From: Candidatus Babeliales bacterium
Lineage (GTDB): Bacteria; Babelota; Babeliae; Babelales; JANWKD01
Direction: 5' to 3'
Length of the DNA: 64,000 nucleotides
Assembly: GCA_963722255.1 (NCBI GenBank)
Contig: CAVRJO010000001.1
Coordinates: 768,001 to 832,000, forward strand
Shown here: piece by piece, positions 60,047-64,000 of the stretch
How the letters are laid out: each line of letters opens with the position of its first letter
Position numbering within the stretch: the stretch's first letter is position 1
Program-made: the position numbers and the translations under genes
Notes under the pieces: generated by a model
What the model was told of the DNA's origin: nothing
The model's input: the letters and a program-made list of their open reading frames with translations, nothing else
Database searches by the model: none

Positions 60047-60325
60047 ATGAGTTCATTCATGAAACAATCGCCATTTATGTTGTTCGTTATTGGCATTAAT
60101 ATTTTTATCGTCTTTTTTTTGGTGTATAAAAATAGCCGCATTGTTGAATTATCTTTTCAGAAGCAAAATCATGAAAAAGCTAGAGCAATGCTTCTCAAAG
60201 AAAAAGATAGATTACAACAACAATTGTGTGTTGCTCAAAGCAAATCAATGGTTAAACATTTTGCGAAAAATGAACTCAAAATGGAAAAAATTAAAGCTCA
60301 CAATATAAAATCTGTTTCCTCATGA
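60047..60325 (+). CDS. ftsL: Cell division protein FtsL-like
   Basis: Single TM plus coiled coil ending FAKNELKM; ATGA overlap with ftsI. Confidence 0.7.
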   Translation: MSSFMKQSPFMLFVIGINIFIVFFLVYKNSRIVELSFQKQNHEKARAMLLKEKDRLQQQLCVAQSKSMVKHFAKNELKMEKIKAHNIKSVSS

Positions 60326-61977
60326 TAAATAGTAGCTATAAAATACGATCCTCATTCATTTTTATACTTTTTTGTTTTGGTTACGCAATTATTATAGGCG
60401 CGCTTTATACCATTCAGATAAGGAAAAGAAATTTCTTTATCAATTTAGGCAAACAACAATACCAAATCACTATAAAAAAACATCCTCCCCGAGGGCTTAT
60501 TTATGATACGAACTTTAAATTTTTAGCGCTTAATAAAGATACATTATCTGCATTTATTTTACCCAATCAACTTGAAAATGTTGAACAACTTGAGCAGTTT
60601 TTGAGAAAACATTTTCCTCAAGCATTACAACGGCTACAGGCAAATCCACAAACACAATTTATGTATATTAAGCGAAAATTATCACCAAAAGAACTTCAAC
60701 TGCTCGAAGAATCTATGATACTCGATATAAAACTTGTTAAAGAACCAAGCAGGTTTTATCCTGATAAATGCATGAATCAGATTGTCGGTATAACCGATAT
60801 AGACAATAATGGACTCTTTGGGTTAGAACTTATATACAATAAAAAACTTGCCGGATCACCGGCGACCTATTGTCTTGAAAAAGATGCTCGCTCCGGCCAT
60901 TTTTATTTTAAAAAAGAAACAATGGTTGAAGGCATTGATGGCGAACCATTAGTATTAACCATAGACAGTGATTTACAATTTTTAGCATATCAGGCTTTAA
61001 AAAAAACAATCCAAACATATAATGCGCAAGAAGGGTCGGTGCTTATTCTTGATCCGACAAATAACCATATCTTAACAATGGTTAATTATCCAACGTTTAA
61101 TCACGATAATACCAATGACATTGATTTTGAAAAAACAAAAAATAAAATTGTAACAGAAGCCTATGAGCCCGGTTCTGTTATGAAAGTCTTTGCAGCGCTT
61201 GCTCTTCTTGAAGAGAATTTAGTAGATCCTGATGAGCTCGTCGATTGCGAAAACAGTGTTTTTGGTAAAGTTAATGGAGCCCGTTTCACTACAACAAAAG
61301 CTCATGGGATACTGCCGTTTACAGAAGTTATACAACATTCAAACAATATAGGCATTGCTAAAACTGCCTCACGCCTAGGACCTTTACTCTATGAACATTA
61401 TAGAAAATTAGGATTTGGCAAAAAGTTACAATTCGATTGGCCTGGACAACAAGCCGGATTTGTAAATCCCCCTCAAAAATGGTCTCGTTCATCTTTAGTT
61501 TCCTTATCGTTTGGTTATGAAATTCGAGCAACACTGTTGCACTTGGCTCAAGCATTTTCAATTATAGTTAATGATGGAAGACTTCTTCCTTGTACACTTA
61601 TTAAAAATCCAAATCAAAATAATGAACAACATGAATCACCAAGACTCTATGATCACAAATCAATACAGGATATAAAAAATATACTCTCAAAAACAAATGC
61701 AAAGCCTCTTAATGGTTATACCATTTGGGGTAAAACAGGAACAGCAAATTTGGTTATTGATGGTGAATATTCACACAATCATAATATTTATACGTTCATG
61801 GGAGTTATTGAACAGAATACTTTTAAAAGAATAATTGTTACCTTTATAAAAGACACACAACGCAAAGATTTGCGTGCTGCAACCGTGGCCGTTCCACTTT
61901 TTGATACGATTGCACATGACATAGTTGTACAGAATACAATGCATAACAAGGAAAACCATAATGGATCTGAACATTAA
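60322..61977 (+). CDS. ftsI: Class B penicillin-binding protein (FtsI/PBP3-like)
   Basis: PRGLIYD, RFYP, YEPGSVMK (SxxK), SNN (SxN), GKTGTA. Confidence 0.9.
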   Translation: MINSSYKIRSSFIFILFCFGYAIIIGALYTIQIRKRNFFINLGKQQYQITIKKHPPRGLIYDTNFKFLALNKDTLSAFILPNQLENVEQLEQFLRKHFPQALQRLQANPQTQFMYIKRKLSPKELQLLEESMILDIKLVKEPSRFYPDKCMNQIVGITDIDNNGLFGLELIYNKKLAGSPATYCLEKDARSGHFYFKKETMVEGIDGEPLVLTIDSDLQFLAYQALKKTIQTYNAQEGSVLILDPTNNHILTMVNYPTFNHDNTNDIDFEKTKNKIVTEAYEPGSVMKVFAALALLEENLVDPDELVDCENSVFGKVNGARFTTTKAHGILPFTEVIQHSNNIGIAKTASRLGPLLYEHYRKLGFGKKLQFDWPGQQAGFVNPPQKWSRSSLVSLSFGYEIRATLLHLAQAFSIIVNDGRLLPCTLIKNPNQNNEQHESPRLYDHKSIQDIKNILSKTNAKPLNGYTIWGKTGTANLVIDGEYSHNHNIYTFMGVIEQNTFKRIIVTFIKDTQRKDLRAATVAVPLFDTIAHDIVVQNTMHNKENHNGSEH

Positions 61978-62848
61978 TTCAAGTGTACAAATACCGGCAG
62001 ATGTAAAAAAGGAGCATATCGATGAATACAAGAAAAACTATTTGGCTATAACTCGTGGCTTCAACCGATTGTTTTTATTTTCATGTGATCAAAAGATAGA
62101 ACATCTCAATAAAGACTTTTACGGTCCCTCGATAGATCCTCAAGACAATGATCCTGAACATTTATTTAAAATTGCTCAACATGGAGATATTGGTGCATTT
62201 GCAACGCATTTAGGACTTATTGCTCATTATGGCAAACAATATCCCACAATCAACTATATTGTAAAGATGAATGGGAAAACTGATTTAGTTCCTTATAGTC
62301 AGCACGATCCTATGAGTTACACTTTATGGAGCATAGACCAAATTGTTGAATTTAAACAAAGATCACAACTTCAAATTGCCGGTGTTGGTTATACCGTATA
62401 TCTTGGCAGTGAATTTGAATCACAAATGCTTGCTCAAGCAGCTCAAATTATCTATCAAGCACATTGCTATGGTTTAGTAACAATTCTATGGATGTATCCG
62501 CGTGGTAAAAATGTAAAAAACGAACGATCCGGCGAAATCATAGCCGGAGCAGCCGGTGTCGCAGTTTCTCTTGGAGCCGATTTTGCAAAAATAAATACAC
62601 CAGATCCTTCTGATAATAAAACAACAAACGAATGGTTAGCTATAGCAGCTCAAGCAGCGGGCAAAACTAAACTAATTATCTCAGGAGGCAGCAAAGTAGA
62701 AGAACAAAGATTTTTATCTGAGCTTAATAACCATATACAATTGGGCTTTGTTTCAGGAACAGCTACCGGACGAAATATTCATCAAAGAAGTTTAACTGAT
62801 GCAGTAGCACTAACTCGTTCAATAAGCTCGCTTATTTATAAAAAATAA
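61961..62848 (+). CDS. Class I fructose-bisphosphate aldolase (DhnA/FbaB family)
   Basis: DQKIEH, VGYTVYLGSE, LWMYPRG, LGADFAK, TGRNIHQ; AAGGA RBS before 61961. Confidence 0.9.
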   Translation: MDLNINSSVQIPADVKKEHIDEYKKNYLAITRGFNRLFLFSCDQKIEHLNKDFYGPSIDPQDNDPEHLFKIAQHGDIGAFATHLGLIAHYGKQYPTINYIVKMNGKTDLVPYSQHDPMSYTLWSIDQIVEFKQRSQLQIAGVGYTVYLGSEFESQMLAQAAQIIYQAHCYGLVTILWMYPRGKNVKNERSGEIIAGAAGVAVSLGADFAKINTPDPSDNKTTNEWLAIAAQAAGKTKLIISGGSKVEEQRFLSELNNHIQLGFVSGTATGRNIHQRSLTDAVALTRSISSLIYKK

Positions 62849-62942
62849 ACCATTTTTTGTCTCAATAATTTAATAGTAGATACCTTGTTTTTCTTGCCAA
62901 CCTATCCTAAGCTAATGAACGAATAAATTAAAAAGGAAGACA

Positions 62943-64000
62943 ATGAGAAGACTATGGTTATTATTTTTTATTTTAATTCTCTATAACGTTTCAATAACGG
63001 CAATTGATTTTTTCGATTTTTCCGATCGATCTGACAGAACAACATCCTGCACTGAGGTTTTCGGATTTTGTCCAATAACCTGTCTTCCTAATAGATCTTT
63101 TATGTTTACACGGCCAATATATAGAGACATTGGTGTTCAAAAGCCAATATGGCAAGAATTTGTATTCAATCCATGCGAAACTTTTGCAGTTCAAGTTGCT
63201 CCAATCTATCAAAAATCATTTGGATCACGAAGTTTAGCAAAATATTTTTTATTTAATGAGCAATATGATTTGCTCATTAAAGGTGATAATGCCATTAATA
63301 ATAATCCAAATACACGTGACGTTAGAGCAGAGTGGATCGGTCTTCCGAGTAATTATATCGGAAGCTTTTCTGTTCATCCACATCAAAAACAGTTCGGAAT
63401 TTGGATTGAAGGAAAAATGCCTTTAAGCTTTTGCTTTGATCATGAATTTTTTGAATTTTTATGGGTAGGCTTGGCCGTACCTTATCAGATTGTAGAAAAC
63501 AATATTAGACCAACGCAAACACCACCCATAAATCCTGCGCCTTCTTTTCCACGTGATGCTCTTGAAGCACTTTCCAATCCAGCACTTCTTTTTGGCAAAT
63601 TTGGTGGCAAAAAAAAAGTGAGTGGATTTGCTGAAATTGATTTTAAATTAGGTTACAACCTTCTCAATCAAGATTATTTTCAAATAGGTCTTTACTCTAT
63701 GCTTGTTGTCCCTTTACACAAAGGCGTAAAGCAGCATTTTGTTTTTGAACCATTTATAGGCAACGATCGTCATTTTGGTTATGGTAATGGCGTTACCTTT
63801 AAATTACCACTTCTTTGCGATGCAGAATGCCAACTATTTTCATTTTTTGCCTATTTTGAAAACATATACTTTTTTCGGCATGTTGAACGTAGATGTTTTG
63901 ATTTGATTAGTAATCCATGGAGCCGCTATATGCTCCTCAACAGTAAAGAAGGTGCTGTAAATGTTCCCGCTATCAATATTTTTACAAGAAAGGTTCGAGC
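62943..64000 (+). CDS. Secreted protein, probably an outer-membrane beta-rich family; runs off the window end
   Basis: Hand translation: AAGGA RBS, signal MRRLWLLFFILILYNVSITA, then QVAPIYQKS..LAKYFLF.., GFAEIDFKLGY, FEPFIGNDRHFGYG. Confidence 0.7.
   Translation, partial: MRRLWLLFFILILYNVSITAIDFFDFSDRSDRTTSCTEVFGFCPITCLPNRSFMFTRPIYRDIGVQKPIWQEFVFNPCETFAVQVAPIYQKSFGSRSLAKYFLFNEQYDLLIKGDNAINNNPNTRDVRAEWIGLPSNYIGSFSVHPHQKQFGIWIEGKMPLSFCFDHEFFEFLWVGLAVPYQIVENNIRPTQTPPINPAPSFPRDALEALSNPALLFGKFGGKKKVSGFAEIDFKLGYNLLNQDYFQIGLYSMLVVPLHKGVKQHFVFEPFIGNDRHFGYGNGVTFKLPLLCDAECQLFSFFAYFENIYFFRHVERRCFDLISNPWSRYMLLNSKEGAVNVPAINIFTRKVR

Overview
AT-rich bacterial chromosomal window. The gene mix points to an intracellular parasite of protists, most likely Candidatus Dependentiae/Babelota (TM6); this is inferred, not searched. 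Housekeeping genes (pgi, zwf, gnd, ruvA, tRNA-Gly, mnmE, rng, phr, double-domain ddl, alr, valS, ftsL/ftsI, class I aldolase) are interleaved with about 25 signal-peptide proteins. Many carry eukaryote-like modules: J-domains, ankyrin, F-box-like, C2H2 zinc fingers with NLS, CaaX boxes and tail anchors. The standout is a pair of complete, co-oriented tmRNA genes (27232-27599 and 29383-29822, minus strand). They have an identical acceptor stem and T arm, compensatory changes in their pseudoknots and their own sigma70-like promoters. Their tag peptides differ completely: 13 aa ANFGLAAPALALS versus 33 aa AKNANAVKGDSSLAHLGYVSANAFGTWSAAAAA. This suggests a two-tag trans-translation system. Also present are two IS elements with resolvable ends and target duplications, REP/RPE-like palindromes, long palindromes in front of both DUF4143 ATPase genes, a catalytically dead serine hydrolase, and several homopolymer frameshifts that may be assembly errors.
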